DNA of 63,676 nucleotides, the filler included, from Chiloscyllium plagiosum (Eukaryota): assembly GCF_004010195.1 (NCBI RefSeq). It is 5 parts of one record of this genome, joined end to end, with 100 filler letters (N's around TTAATTAATTAA, not from the genome) between each part and the next. Parts side by side here need not be neighbours in the genome. Positions count along the whole stretch, not along the records: positions 12,541 to 20,946 come from NC_057717.1; positions 21,047 to 38,942 come from NC_057717.1; 3 more parts are not named here. One strand, written 5' to 3'. Within the stretch, counting starts at the first letter, position 1, and each line of letters opens with the position of its first letter. Both the position numbers and the translations under genes were made by a program. This document shows, one piece after another, positions 13,141-25,419 of this stretch. The notes below the pieces were generated by a model. The model saw nothing but the letters and a program-made list of their open reading frames with translations. It made no database searches and was not told the DNA's origin.

Positions 13141-14830
13141 TGGGGAACGAGAAAATGGCCAAGGAACTGAATAATTACTTTGCAGCAGCCTTGATGGTGG
13201 AAGATACGAGTAATACCTTAAACATTCAAGAGATTGAGGGGCCAGAGCTGAGTATGATGGCCCCCACCATGGAGAACATGCTAGAAAAAATTGAATGGCC
13301 CGAAGGTGGTTAAATCACCTTGACCAGATGGACGACATCCCAGTGTTATGAGATAGCTGAAGAGAGAATGGAGGCGACCGTTGTGATCTTTCAGGAATCA
13401 CTATTGTAAGGAACAATCTCAGAACACTGGAAACCCTCTTTAACGAGGGAGTAAGAAAAAGTCAGAAAATCCACAATAAATAACTTAACCTTGGTCGTGG
13501 GTAAGATCCTGGAATCCATTGTGAGGGATGAGATTTCTGAATCCTTGGAAGTGTTTGGTAAAATAGGACAAAGTCACTATGGTTTCATCAAAGGAAGGTC
13601 ATGCTTGATAAATCTGTTCGAATTCTTTGCATTCGAATTGAGCAGGCTCGACCAAGCACAGCCAATGGATATTGTCCACCTGGACATCCAGAAGGCCTTT
13701 GACAATGTGTCACACAGGAGATGACTGAGTACGTTAAGGACCCCTGGTGTTAGAGGCAATGTAGTGGAATTGGTAGACGCTTGGCTGCCTGGCAGAAAGC
13801 AGAGAGTGGGGATGAAATTATCCTTATCAGGATGGCAGCCGGTGACAAGTGGTGACAAGGCTCAGTGTTGGAATCATAGCTTTTTACTCGTTACGTTAAC
13901 TATCTAGATGAGGGAATTGAGGGCACTCTGACTAAATTTGCAGACGATAAAACTATAGACAAATGGACAGGTCGTACTGAGGAGGCGGAGAGGCTGAAGA
14001 AGGATATCGACATGTAAAGAGATTGGCAGATGACTTCCAATGTGTGCAAGTGTGAAGTCATGAACTTTGGCACGAAGAGTAGAGGCATGGTCTTTTTTTA
14101 AATGAGGAGAAGATTCAGAAAACTGAAGTGTGAAGGGACTTGGGAGTACTAGTGCAGTGTTCTCTCAAGGTAACCTTGCAGGTTAAAGCAGTAGTTAGGA
14201 GTGAAATTGCATTTATTATTGATGGCATTTATTACGAGAGGAATTGAATATAAAACAGGTTGTATACGGCTCTGGTCAGACCACATTTGTAGTATTGTGC
14301 ATAATTTTGAGCTACATATCTCAGGAAGGATGTACTGCCCCTGGAGTGTGTTCTCAAGATCTTCATGAGAATGGTCATAGGAATGAAAAGCTTATCGTAT
14401 GAAGGATGCTTGAGGACTCTGGGTCGATACTCGATAAAGTTTTGATGAATGTGAGGGATTGAATTGGAATCATGCAAAATACTGAATGACCTGGACAGAA
14501 TGGATGATGGGAAGATATTTCCATTGGACGAGGACTGGAGGGCACAGCCTTAGATGAAAGGGAACACCGTTCAGAACAGTGATAAGGAGATATGTCTTGA
14601 ACCAGAGAATGGCGAATCTTTGAAATTTATAGCCACAGAAGGCTGTGGGGGCCAGGTCATTGAGTATATCTGAGATGGTGATAGATAAGCTTTTGATTAT
14701 CCCGGGGATCAAGGGTTACAATGGGTAGGTCAGAGAATGGGTTAGAAAAAAACTGTCAGCGATGACTGAATGGTGGTGCAGACTTGATGGGCTAACTGGC
14801 CAAACTTCTGCTCCAATGCATTATCGTCTT
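13140..14830 (+). mobile_element. CR1 LINE ORF2 RT region to 3' end, degenerate
   Basis: GKILESIVRD..GFIKGRSCLINL..LDIQKAFDNV in ORF 13491-13724; KFADD at about 13935. Confidence 0.9.
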
Positions 14831-16393
14831 ATGGACCAAACCTCAAGGAGGCACCTTGCATCTTGGAGAAGATGGATTCATGTTCTTCATGAAGGTCAGA
14901 AGCTGATGGGAATAGTTAACTGTTTTAGAATGAAGGTATTGTGGCTGCTGTCAGGGTGGTGGATAATATGGTATTAAGTGCAGGATCACACACCAACTGC
15001 ACTGTATTAATGTGGGGAGAGTTTATTCAAAACCTGGACCTCTCTGTCTTTCTGTCAATCACTGTGAGGAGTGGGGGTTGGGGTAGGAGGGCGTAATGTC
15101 CTCCCAGGCAGTTAAATTATTCAGAATCATGCATCCTGAGTGAAACAATAGTCATGGAATTTATCACCTCCTCATTGTCTGTTTAGAATATAATGAGTGA
15201 TTGCCCATCCCACCCAGTGTTCAATGCAATCACCTCGCATTCTCTCACAGCACTACAGCTCAACCTTCACTCACTCCTTTTGGTGCCATCATCCCAGGGA
15301 TTAATCTGGTGGAATCCTTGTTCACTCTCGCTGTGGTAAGGAGATCACACCTTATAAAGGAGAGAAAAGCTGTCCACAATGCCCCAAATACTGCCCCAAA
15401 AACACTCTCAGGTTTGATCGCAGTAATTCATTTCCCTCACTTAGCTGGCTCCGTTTCTTTTGTGTGAAATAGGAAACTATTCATTTACGATGCACTGTCA
15501 CTGATTTGGAATTTAAAACATCCTTACATCTGTAGGTCAGCATCAATAAAGCCAGCACCGGAGGTGCCTATTCAGATGGGGAGAGAATCAATCATAAAGA
15601 ATACATCTAAAACAGTGAATGGCCACCTACCTGAATGGAAATGAACTGCTGGAATATGGGATACAGGCAGAGGAAGGGAGCTATCTTTCCTTTTGATCTG
15701 CCCTCACGGGATGTGTGCAGACCTGGTCAGGGCAGCATCTTATGCGGATTTTGAACTGAGTGGCTAGTTCAGCTGTTCCACAGGACAGAAAAGAGTAAAA
15801 CACAGTACTGTGGATTTGCAGTCACACAGAGACCTGACCAGATAAGGATGATCCACTGCTTTCTCTAATGGGCATGAGGCAAGCCGATATCCACAGATTA
15901 TTATTCTGTGGCTATAGATTATGAGCCAATGATGTGACCACCATACACTGTCTTCCCATCTTTCAGATTCTGTGCAGAGAACAAGTTAAATATCTCAAGT
16001 GCAGTTGTTTCATAATGGACACGTCGTAAGAAGGGACTTGAATCAGATGTATCTGGAATTACCAAAGGCACAAACGATGTTTATTCCAGGGTTGCACTGA
16101 GGCTGAGGAGGAGACTGGACGTCATAATGGTGGTACTGGACATGATTGGTGAGTGCAGAGGATATGGAGATGTAAACTGTGCAGGAGAAAATGAATCAAG
16201 GAAGTTGAGAACAGTCTGTTTAATTCTCGCATATTGGTGAGCAATTTGTGTTGAGTAATTTGCGAGTCATAATTTCTCAGGAATGGAATCTTTGAGTGGA
16301 AATGAAAACGTTGACTTGCACTTTTCCAAAATTTACATATCATGAGCATCAATTCAGTTCAGACCGTATCACTAGACAGCTCGAGTGACTTAC

Positions 16394-16526
16394 CAGGAAC
16401 ACCAACTATAGCAAGGATAGGATAGTAACCAGCTTGAATAACCATCGGTACATCTTCAATCCGCGATGCTAAATATATCCAAAGCTGAGAAAGCCAGAAC
16501 AGACCATTGGATAAACTTCTGTCCAT
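16394..16526 (-). CDS. GPR139-like: First coding exon (N-terminus and start of TM1) of a GPR139/GPR142-like class A GPCR, paralog 1; possibly a pseudogene
   Basis: Manual minus-strand translation from ATG 16526 gives MDRSLSNGLFWLSQLWIYLASRIEDVPMVIQAGYYPILAIVGVP plus 1 nt, then GTAAGT (16393-16388). This resembles GPR139 TM1 (VYYSLLLCLGLP|ANIL) with its phase-1 intron, as recalled. Absent from the ORF track. An in-frame TGA lies upstream at 16553-16551. Confidence 0.8.
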
Positions 16527-16569
16527 TGTTGGAACATTCCAGTCTAATGTTCACAGATACTGATCCATT

Positions 16570-16830
16570 GATGGAACATTCCAGTCTAATTCTATCAGTT
16601 TCTGATCTCTCCTTACCCTCTCTCTGAAGCTGTGGATCCTGTTACTGGTGTCGGTGATGCTCACGCTCATACGATGGGATAAAACACTGAAAGCATTCCC
16701 TTACTCAAAGAAGAAAGAAACTATCTAGGGACGCATAGGTTCCATGGAGACTGACATAATGTCAATCGCTGAACAAATAGCTCAGTTAATCCCTTTCAAT
16801 TCAATACTTTTCATTGAAATTCAAAATAAC
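16570..16830 (-). promoter_or_regulatory. Putative proximal promoter/5'UTR of receptor paralog 1
   Basis: Sequence with no recognisable repeat, homologous to 38320-38595 and directly upstream of the exon. Confidence 0.5.
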
Positions 16831-17559
16831 TTTGAACATTCATGCATTCTGGATGTGATATGTGAGTGTGACTGAAGGAAGGAATGTTGAAGATGGAAGA
16901 TTGATTGTTTGTAATCATTCAGTCTGCCTTGGATATGGAAATAATGCCAGAGGTTTAACATAACATAAATATGCTTCTCTGCTCAAACATGGAGAAACAA
17001 ATCCTGTAACTACAGATCAGTCATTGCAATATCAGTAAAACATTCAGAGAACATCTTCCTTCCATGTTCTGATGGCAAAATGTGCCTAAGACAATTTGGT
17101 TTTATAACAAGCAAACGGCATGGGCATGTTAACGGAGAATTTTACATGACAAACACAATTCAGATTATTAATCCAGAATCAGAAAGGGCAGGTGTTGATG
17201 TTATTGATACTAAGGAACTGTGACGAAGTATTACTTACTGGACTTCATTTCCATTGTGATTATGACAATGGGGAAAAGAGAGAATTTGGAGAGGACTCGG
17301 GGAAACGGCTGTTCAGTCTGGGCGGAGGGACAGTGATGTTCCCCAATCACGAACGTTACTCTTTATAGCTCATATGACGAATAAATTCAAGGATATATCT
17401 ACAATGAGGAATTAGCAGGGACAACATTGCTGGGCCCTCTACTTTTCGTCTTTTACATAAACGATTTGGATGCGAGCATAAGAGGTACAGTTAGTAAGTG
17501 TGCAGATGTCACCAAAATTAGAAGTGTAGTGGACAGCGAAGAGGGTTACCTCAGATTAC

Positions 17560-18160
17560 GAGGAGAAAGTGAGGTCTGCAGATGCTGGAGATCAAAGTTG
17601 AAACTTTATTGCTGGAACAGCACAGCAGGTCAGGCAGCATCCAGGGAACAGGAGATTCGACGTTTCGGGCACAGGCCCTTCTTCAGGAATGAGCAGAGAG
17701 TGTTCAGCAGGAGCAAGTGGAAAATGAAGTGTTGTTCTTTGAACTTGCGTTAAGGAACACTGCAACAGATCTGGGACAGAAATGTTGGTGTAGGAACACA
17801 GTGGTGTGTTGAAGTGGAGGCAGTGGGAAACTCTGGGTCATGTTTTACAGACAGAGTGTAGGTGTTCAGCAAAGCGGTCATCAAATCTGTGTTTCATCTC
17901 CCCCGATATACAGGAGACCACATTCTGAGCAGTGAATGAAATAAATGAGTTGAGAGAAGTGCAGGTAAGCTGCTGCTTCACCTGGAAGGTGTGCCTGAGG
18001 CCTTGGATACTGAGGTTGGAGGAAGTAAATCGGCAAGTAAGTCACCTTGTGCAAGACCAACCCCTTCCCACAAACGTCACTTCAATATATTACCACCTTT
18101 CCTGAGCTGTTAACAGTTCTGATGAAGAATCGCCAGACTCGAAATATTATCTTGCTTTCA
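17560..18160 (-). mobile_element. Penelope-like terminal repeat (17560-17715) followed by an older Penelope-like GIY-YIG fragment
   Basis: Same terminal sequence as 7490-7575 and 32350-32460; the downstream sequence resembles 7800-8130. Confidence 0.7.
17655..17690 (-). ncRNA. Minimal type I hammerhead ribozyme motif, core intact
   Basis: Minus strand AUUC-CUGAAGA-A-GGGC-CUGU-GCCC-GAAA-CG-UC-GAAU: stem I AUUC/GAAU, stem II GGGC/GCCC, palindromic ACGU in place of stem III, GUC cleavage triplet. Confidence 0.7.
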
Positions 18161-19850
18161 AAGAACACAGAACATTACAGCACAGTCCAGGCTCTCTGAC
18201 CCTCAATGTTGTGCTGACCTGTGAAACCAGCCTGAAGCTGAACTAACCTGCATTGTTGCATTATCATCCATATGTTTATCCAATGGCCATTTAAAAAGAC
18301 ATTAAAGTCGGTGAGTCTACTACAGTTGCAGGCAGGGAGTTTCACGCCATTACTACTCTCTGAGTAAAGAAACTACCCCTCTGACATCTGTCCTATATCT
18401 ATCACCGCTCAATTTAAAGCTATGTCCTCTCATGCTAGCCATCACTATCCGAGGAAAACGTCTCTCTCTGCTAACACTATCTAATCCTCTGATCATCTTT
18501 CACATCTCTATTAAGTCACCTCTCAACCTCTTCCTTCTAACGAAAACAGCCTCAGGTCACTCAGTCTTTCCTCAGAAGACCTTCCTTCCATACCAGACAA
18601 TATCCTCATAAATCTCCTCTGCATCTTTTCCAAAACTTACACATCCTTCCTATAATGTGGTAACCAGAACTGTACGCAATACTCCAAGTGCGGCCACACC
18701 ATAGTTTCCTACAGCTGCAACATAACCCCATGGTTCATATGCCTTCTTAACAATCCTATTAACCTGGGTGGCAACTTTCAGGGATCTATGTACATGGACA
18801 CGGAGATCTTTCTGCTCATCCACACTGCAAGAACCTTACCATTACCCCAGTACTCTGTATTACTGTTACTTCTTCCAAAATGAATCACCTCACACTTTTC
18901 TGCATTAAACTCCATTTGCCACCTTTCAGCCCAACTCTGCAGCTTATCTATGTCCCTCTGTAAGCAGCAATATCCTTCAGCACTGTCCACAGCTCGACCG
19001 ACCTTAGAGTCATTTGTAAATTTACTAACCCATCCTTCTACGCCATCATCCAGGTCATGTATAAAAATGACAAACAGCAGTGGCCCCTAAACAGATCCTT
19101 ATGGTATACCACTAATAACTGAACACCAGGATGAACATTTGCCACCACCACTCTCTGTCTTCTTTCAGCTAACCAATTTCTGATTCATACCACTAAATCA
19201 CCCTCAATCCCATACCTCCATATTTACTGCAACAGCTTACCATGGGGAACCTTATCAAACGCTTTACTGAAATCCATGTACACCACATCAACCACTATAC
19301 CCTCATTCATCTTCTCAACCATCTCAATAAGCTTTGCGAGGCACGACCTGCCCTTCACAAAACTGTGTTGACTATCCCTAATCAAATTGTTCCTTTCTAG
19401 TTAATAATAAATCCTATATCTTATAATTCTTTCCAGCACTTTACCCACAACTGAAGTAAGGCTCACTGCTCTATAATTACCAAAGTTGTCTCTACTCCCC
19501 TTCTTGAACAAGGGGACAACATTTGCTATCTTCCAGTCTTCTGGCACAATTTCTGTCGACAATGACGACATAAAGATCAAAGCCAAATGTTCTGCAATCT
19601 CCTTCCTGGCTTCCCAGAGAATCTGAGGATAAATCACATCCGGCCCAGGGGACTTATCTATTTTCACACTTTCCAGAATTGCTAACACCTCCTCCTTACG
19701 AACCTCAGTCCCATCTCATCTAATAGCCTGTACCTCAGTGTTCTCCTCAACAACATTGTCTCTTTCCAGTGTAAATACTAATGAAAAATATTCATTTAGC
19801 ACCTCTCCTATCTCCTCGGACTCCAAGCACAAATTCCCACTCCTGTCCTT
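18160..19850 (-). mobile_element. CR1 LINE ORF2 RT to 3' end
   Basis: KSPGPD..WKIANVVPLFKKG..YRAVSLTSVVGK (ORF 19401-19688); WQMEFNAEKC (ORF 18778-18990). Confidence 0.92.
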
Positions 19851-20781
19851 TCTTCTCACAGATGCTACCATATCAGCAGAGTCTCTGCAGAAATTTCTGT
19901 TTTGTTTCCAATCTCCAGCATTCGCTGTTGTGTTTTAATTCCCAAATGAGCCTGACTTTACAAGCAAATGTGACTGACTGAGTTCCAGCTGACAAAGAGG
20001 GAAGGAGCAGAAAAGCTGGGTGACTGGTTGGCCAATAAAATCTGAGTGCTTTGCTGAAGCATGCAAATATTTTTCAAAGCACAACATCTGTCAGACAAAT
20101 AAGTCATTTGTTTAATCTCCGCAAAGAACTATTCAATGCTGATGGCTTGTGAAGGCTTATGATGCTGGGAGCTTAGCTTCAGTAATGTGTGTAAGATCCT
20201 TTCATTGTTCTAAATACCTACAGTGTGGCTGTTAGAAGATGCAGCTTGTGGGCTGTTACATCCACATTTCTGTCAAGTCCTAATGATATGTTAAAAGCCA
20301 AAAGAACTGCGGCTGCTGTAAATCAGAAACAAAAACAGAAATTGTTGGAGAGACTCTGCTGGTATGGTAGCATCTGTGGGTTCTGAGGCTCAGTCGACCC
20401 AAAACGTTTCTCTTCACAGATGCTGCCAGCTCTAATGCTATGTTCTAGGTTCAGTTACAGAAAGCAAGCAAGCAGGCTCTTGCTCAAAGTTTTCTCCGCC
20501 TCTCGTTCCTTTACCTCATAAAGGATAAAGCTGGATGGGATGCTGAGACATTTTCTTATTTGGTGAGGGATCCACTGGGAATGATAACTAAGCAGAGATA
20601 CTTGCCATGTGTTCAGTGTGTCGGTCTCTGCTGTCTGCTTTGCCTGGAGCTGCTGCTTCCATTATGCGCCTGGGACCCATGATTTTCATCGCAACTCACT
20701 CTGTGATTATCTTTTTGAATTGAGACTCAACAGCATTTGGCAAGATTTAACAATGTTACTCAGGGCTGGCAACACAGAAAC

Positions 20782-20946
20782 AAAGTTAAAAATCAGACAA
20801 CACTAGGTTATAGTTCAACAGATTTATCAGCTACCTGATGAAGGAGCAGTGCTCCGGAAGCTAGTGCTTCCAAATAAACCTGTTGGACTATAACCTAGTG
20901 TTGTCAGATTTTTAACTTTGCCCACCTTAGTCCAACACCGGCACCT
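20782..20946 (+). mobile_element. Penelope-type terminal fragment in inverted arrangement with a hammerhead-like core in the loop
   Basis: 45-bp inverted arms 20782-20826 and 20875-20919 (3 mismatches); loop has CTGATGA-A-GGAGC-AGT-GCTCC-GGAAGCTA. Confidence 0.65.
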
Positions 20947-21046
20947 NNNNNNNNNNNNNNNNNNNNNNNNNNNNNNNNNNNNNNNNNNNNTTAATTAATT
21001 AANNNNNNNNNNNNNNNNNNNNNNNNNNNNNNNNNNNNNNNNNNNN
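20947..21046. other. Artificial 100-bp assembly spacer
   Basis: TTAATTAATTAA at 20991-21002 inside N run. Confidence 0.95.
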
Positions 21047-23008
21047 CTCTTAAATGTCCTCAATGACCTTGCTTCCACAACTGCTGCTGGCAAAGCATTC
21101 CATGCTCTCACAATTCTCTGTGTAAAGAACCAGCCTCTGACATTCGCTCTAAACTTTCCTCTAACCAGCTTAAAACTATGATCCCTCGTGTTAGCCATTT
21201 CTGCACTGGGAAATAGTCTCTGGTGATCAACTCTATCTCTGCCTCTCCTTGTCTTCAATACCTCAATTAGGCCCCCTCTCCTCCTCCTGTTCTCCAATGA
21301 AAAAATGTCCGAGCTCAGTCAACCTCTCTTCATAAGATTAGCCCTCCAGTCCAGACAGCATCCTGGTAAACCTCCTCTGAACCCTCTCTAAAGCATCCAC
21401 ATCTTTCCTATAATAGGGCGACCGGAACTGGAAGCAGTGTTCCAAGTGCGGTCTAACCAAAGGTTTATAGAGCTGCAACAAGATCTCAAAACTCTTAAAC
21501 TCTATCCCCCTGTTAATGAAAGCCAAAACACCATATGCTTTCTTAACAACCCTGTCCACTTGGGTGGCCATTTAAGGGATATATGTATCTGCACACCAAA
21601 ATTCCTCTGTTCGTCCATACTGCCAACAATCGTATCCTTAGTCCTGGAATCAGCTTTCAAATTCGATCTTCCAAAATACATCACCTCGCACTAATCCAGG
21701 TTGAACTCCATCTGCCACCTCTCAGCCCATCTCTGCATCCTGTCAATATCCCGCTGCAGCGTACAACAGCCCTTTATACTTTCAACGACACCTCCAACCT
21801 TTGTGTCGTCTGCAACCTTGCTGATCCATTCTTCAATCCTCTCATCCAAGTCATTAATAAAAATTACAAACAGTAGAGGGCCAAGGACAGAGCCCTGTGT
21901 AACACCACTCACCACTGACTTCCAGGCAGAATATTTTCCTTCTACTACCACATGCTGTCTTCTGTTGGCAAGGCTATTCTGTATCCAGACAGCTACGTTC
22001 CCCTGTATCCCATTCCCCTTGACCTTCTGAATGAGCCTACCTTGGTAAACCTTATCAAATGCCTTGCTGAAGTCCATATACACCACATCCACAGCTCGAC
22101 GATTATCAACTTTTCTAGTCACATCCTCAAATAACTCGATAAGGTTTGACCTACCCCTCACAAAGCCAGGTTGACTGCATTTAATCAAGTCATTCTCTTC
22201 CAGATTGTCATAAATCCTATCCCTCAGAATCCTTTCTGACACATTGCAGACCACAGACGTGAGACTTACTCGTCTGTAATTGCCGGGGATTTCCCTATTT
22301 CCTTTCTTGAAGATAGGAATTACATTTGCCTCCCTCCACTCATCAGGTACGACTCCAGTGGAGAGCGAGGATGCAATGATCTTCGCAAGTGGCGAAGCAA
22401 TTGCATTTCTCGTTTCCCAAAGCAGCCGAGGACAAATCTGGTCCGGGCCTGGCGACTCGTCAATCTTAATGTTTGACAACATGTTCAGCACATCAGCTTC
22501 CTCTATCTCTATCCATTCCAGCATGCACACCTGCTTTTCAAAGGTTTCATTCACTACAAATTTCGTTTCTTTCGTAAAGACAGAAGCAAAAAACTCATTC
22601 AGGGTTTCCGTTACCTCCTCAGACTCTACACACAAGTTCCCTATGCTATCCCTGATCGGCCGTACTCTTTCTTTGACCATTCTCTTATTCCTCACGTAAG
22701 TGTAAAATGCAGTTGTATTCTCCCTAATCCGTTTTGCCAAGCCTTTTTCGTGCCCCCTCCTGGCCCTTCTCACACCATCTTTTCGCTAATTCCTCGCCTG
22801 CCTGTAATCCTCTAGAGCTGAGCTTGACCCTAGCTTCCTCCACCTTATGTAAGCTGCCTTCTTTCTTTTGACGGGAAGCTCCTCCACTCTCGTCATCCAA
22901 GGTTCCTTTATCTTACCCCTTCTTGCCTGTCTCAGAGGAACACATTTATGCATCACTCGCAACAACTGTTCCTTAAACTGTCTCCACATGTCTATAGTGC
23001 CCTTTCCA
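21047..23008 (-). mobile_element. CR1 LINE ORF2, relatively well preserved, with a 360-aa RT-containing ORF
   Basis: ORF 21691-22773: [35 protein letters not shown]-terminus in ORFs 21338-21571 and 20995-21297. Confidence 0.95.
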
Positions 23009-23333
23009 NNNNNNNNNNNNNNNNNNNNNNNNNNNNNNNNNNNNNNNNNNNNNNNNNNNNNNNNNNNNNNNNNNNNNNNNNNNNNNNNNNNNNNNNNNNN
23101 NNNNNNNNNNNNNNNNNNNNNNNNNNNNNNNNNNNNNNNNNNNNNNNNNNNNNNNNNNNNNNNNNNNNNNNNNNNNNNNNNNNNNNNNNNNNNNNNNNNN
23201 NNNNNNNNNNNNNNNNNNNNNNNNNNNNNNNNNNNNNNNNNNNNNNNNNNNNNNTGTTCTCATTTAAACTGATTTCCTCCATGTGTGTTCTCTCTCAAAC
23301 AACAATTTTCATATTTATTGCCACCAAAACACA

Positions 23334-23337
<4 letters not shown>

Positions 23338-23367
<30 letters not shown>
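23338..23367 (+). repeat. (CA)n microsatellite
   Basis: Direct reading. Confidence 0.9.
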
Positions 23368-23371
<4 letters not shown>

Positions 23372-23849
23372 CCCTTGCCTTATATTGATGCATGGGTTGC
23401 AAATCTTCCCATCTAAATCATTTCTGTCGGGCAAGTATAGTAGCAATATACTGGCAAAGGTTTACAATGGTCCTCTTGCTGGACAGGTAGTCCAATTTAT
23501 GGAGTACTGCACTAGCATGGTCCGCACAGCTCTTCATTCTGGTTGGTACCTTGTCCCAGCTTATGGTGTCTGGGTTGGTTCTGTGAGGCAGATTCAGAGT
23601 TTGATGTAACGAAGCATTTCAACTGATCTGCTAATGTTTTCATTTGATGTTCTCATTTTTGTGATTGGACCCACCATCATTGTTTCACTTCTCAAGTTAC
23701 TCTCACTCCCCTGTCTCCTTATCCATATTTTCACAACATGTTATCAGTTAATTAATTGTTTGTTTTTCTGTATCGTTCCCTGGTGTTTTATTTTTGGCTT
23801 CTGAGTGTATCGAAAGCTGGAATTGTGAAGCTCTAAAACAATGAAATAG

Positions 23850-24600
23850 TGTGTATTGGGCTGTTGTTCACTTCCTGGTGTGTCCCATGCGCTTATCCAT
23901 GTTGGACAGGAGGCTCCAGTAGCTTTGAGAGACGTGTGTGTCCACTGAAAGCCTCTGTTTGTCGCTCTCAGCTGACCAGCAGTCAGTAACACGAGAGAAT
24001 CCCTCGACTATCATTATAAAGGACCAGGCATCTAACTTGTAACTGAGGAGCTTCTGACTGTCTCCTGTTATTGAAACCTTTGTGGATGGGCTGGGGATTG
24101 TTTGCAGGAGGTCGTGCTGTGGGCTGCCTCTCACCTTCAGAGAGACCTGATGATTTGGTGACCCACATCTGGTTGGAGCATAAGGACTGTAGTTACAGCA
24201 TCTGGGTGTGTACCATGAACAACAAAAAATGAGCAGAGATTCAGAGAAGGAAAACTCTGAAACCACGGAGTGAGTGTGTGGGGAAAAGAATCTGCCAAAT
24301 CAGTCTGTGTCTTAACGTAAGTAGACACCCAATCTCGCTTTCCCCTGACATACACCGACGCACCTGTCCCTCTCCTTCCCACGCACACTCACACTCCCCC
24401 TCTCTCACATGCATATCCACACACTTCCCTCTTTCATACCAATACATCATATTTGTCAACAATATACAATTAATATACAGTCCGTCAATGCGGTATTTTA
24501 TAAACTCATACTTTGGAAATAAAATCAGTCTGACTCCAGGAGAAGACAACGATACACTCGAAACAAGACCTCACGCCTCAATAACATAGTCTGTCTGGAG
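23850..24600 (+). repeat. Paralogous block (single minisatellite unit plus flank) homologous to 39190-40280
   Basis: Shared GGGCTGTTGTTCACTTCCTGGTGTGTCCC, TGTCTCCTGTTATTGAAA, GATTTGGTGACCCA, CTCTGAAACCACGGA. Confidence 0.8.
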
Positions 24601-25139
24601 GAGTCCTTTCCTTTACGTCGTTAATGCTGTTGGACTATAACCTGGTATCTTGCCATTTCTGATGTTGTCCAAGCCAATCCAAACCAACACCTCCTTATCA
24701 TGGCTTTTATTTGTTCGCACCTCTCCAACAAAATACATTTACCTTAGCCCATTTGCTTTTGTCTTGCATATTAATCTTTTTTTGAGGCACGTTATGCAAT
24801 GACTTCTGGAAGTCCAGAAATAAGACATCTAAAGGATCGCCTTAATCCACCTTGTTTATCATATATTTTTTATAACGTAGGTCAAAAAATTCAAACCTGA
24901 TTTATCCTTCAGTAAATCATGTTGACTGCGATGGATTGAGGTTTGATTTGAACATTTCCTGTTATTAATTCCTTAATTACTGGTTCTAACAATTTGTCTT
25001 CCATTCCCAATAGTTTTTTCATCCCTTTTCATTCCCTAGTGAAGTTGACTGTTCGAAGTTCTTCCCTTTCTATAACCTCGACATTCCCTTTCAATTCACA
25101 AGGTTGTAAATGATCTGCTCCAATTGCCGTGTAAGAGGC

Positions 25140-25340
25140 ATGAGTGGCTGAATGGACTCATTATGTTCCTGCATTACACACTTGATGGGCTGAATGTCTT
25201 CCTGGTGTTCCTACATTATAGTCTCGATGGGCTGAATACCCTCCCGGTGTTCCTACATTATCTTCTCGATGGCTTGCATGTCTTGCTCCTGTTCCTGACC
25301 AAACCGCTCAAGGTTTCAATGTCCTCCTTCTGTTGCTCAG
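25140..25340 (+). repeat. Approximately 42-bp degenerate tandem repeat, 4-5 units
   Basis: Recurrent GATGGGCTGAAT....GTGTTCCTACATTA; LHYxLDGLN periodicity in ORF 25124-25642. Confidence 0.75.
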
Positions 25341-25419
25341 TGACAGGTTTAGGGACTTACGGAATATCCCTGCTGTTAAGTTACATTTTTAGGAATGAAT
25401 TGCGCAGGCATGTTTTGCT

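Noticed and set aside
15630..15772. Exon-like segment on minus (pyrimidine tract, CAG acceptor, CAG|GTAGGT donor)
   Set aside because: All three frames contain stops.
12541..16387. Second (7TM) exon of receptor paralog 1
   Set aside because: No NL..I.IL/LA..D/DR-type TM-coding ORF seen on the minus strand; the interval is CR1 and non-coding sequence up to the spacer.
21691..22773. Active or domesticated reverse transcriptase gene
   Set aside because: Stop and frameshift downstream, internal deletion near GRS-NL and an altered VADD motif; an ordinary CR1 copy.
22868..23388. Long ORFs containing X runs (also 58710-59572 and 62317-62697)
   Set aside because: Artefacts of translating N gaps.
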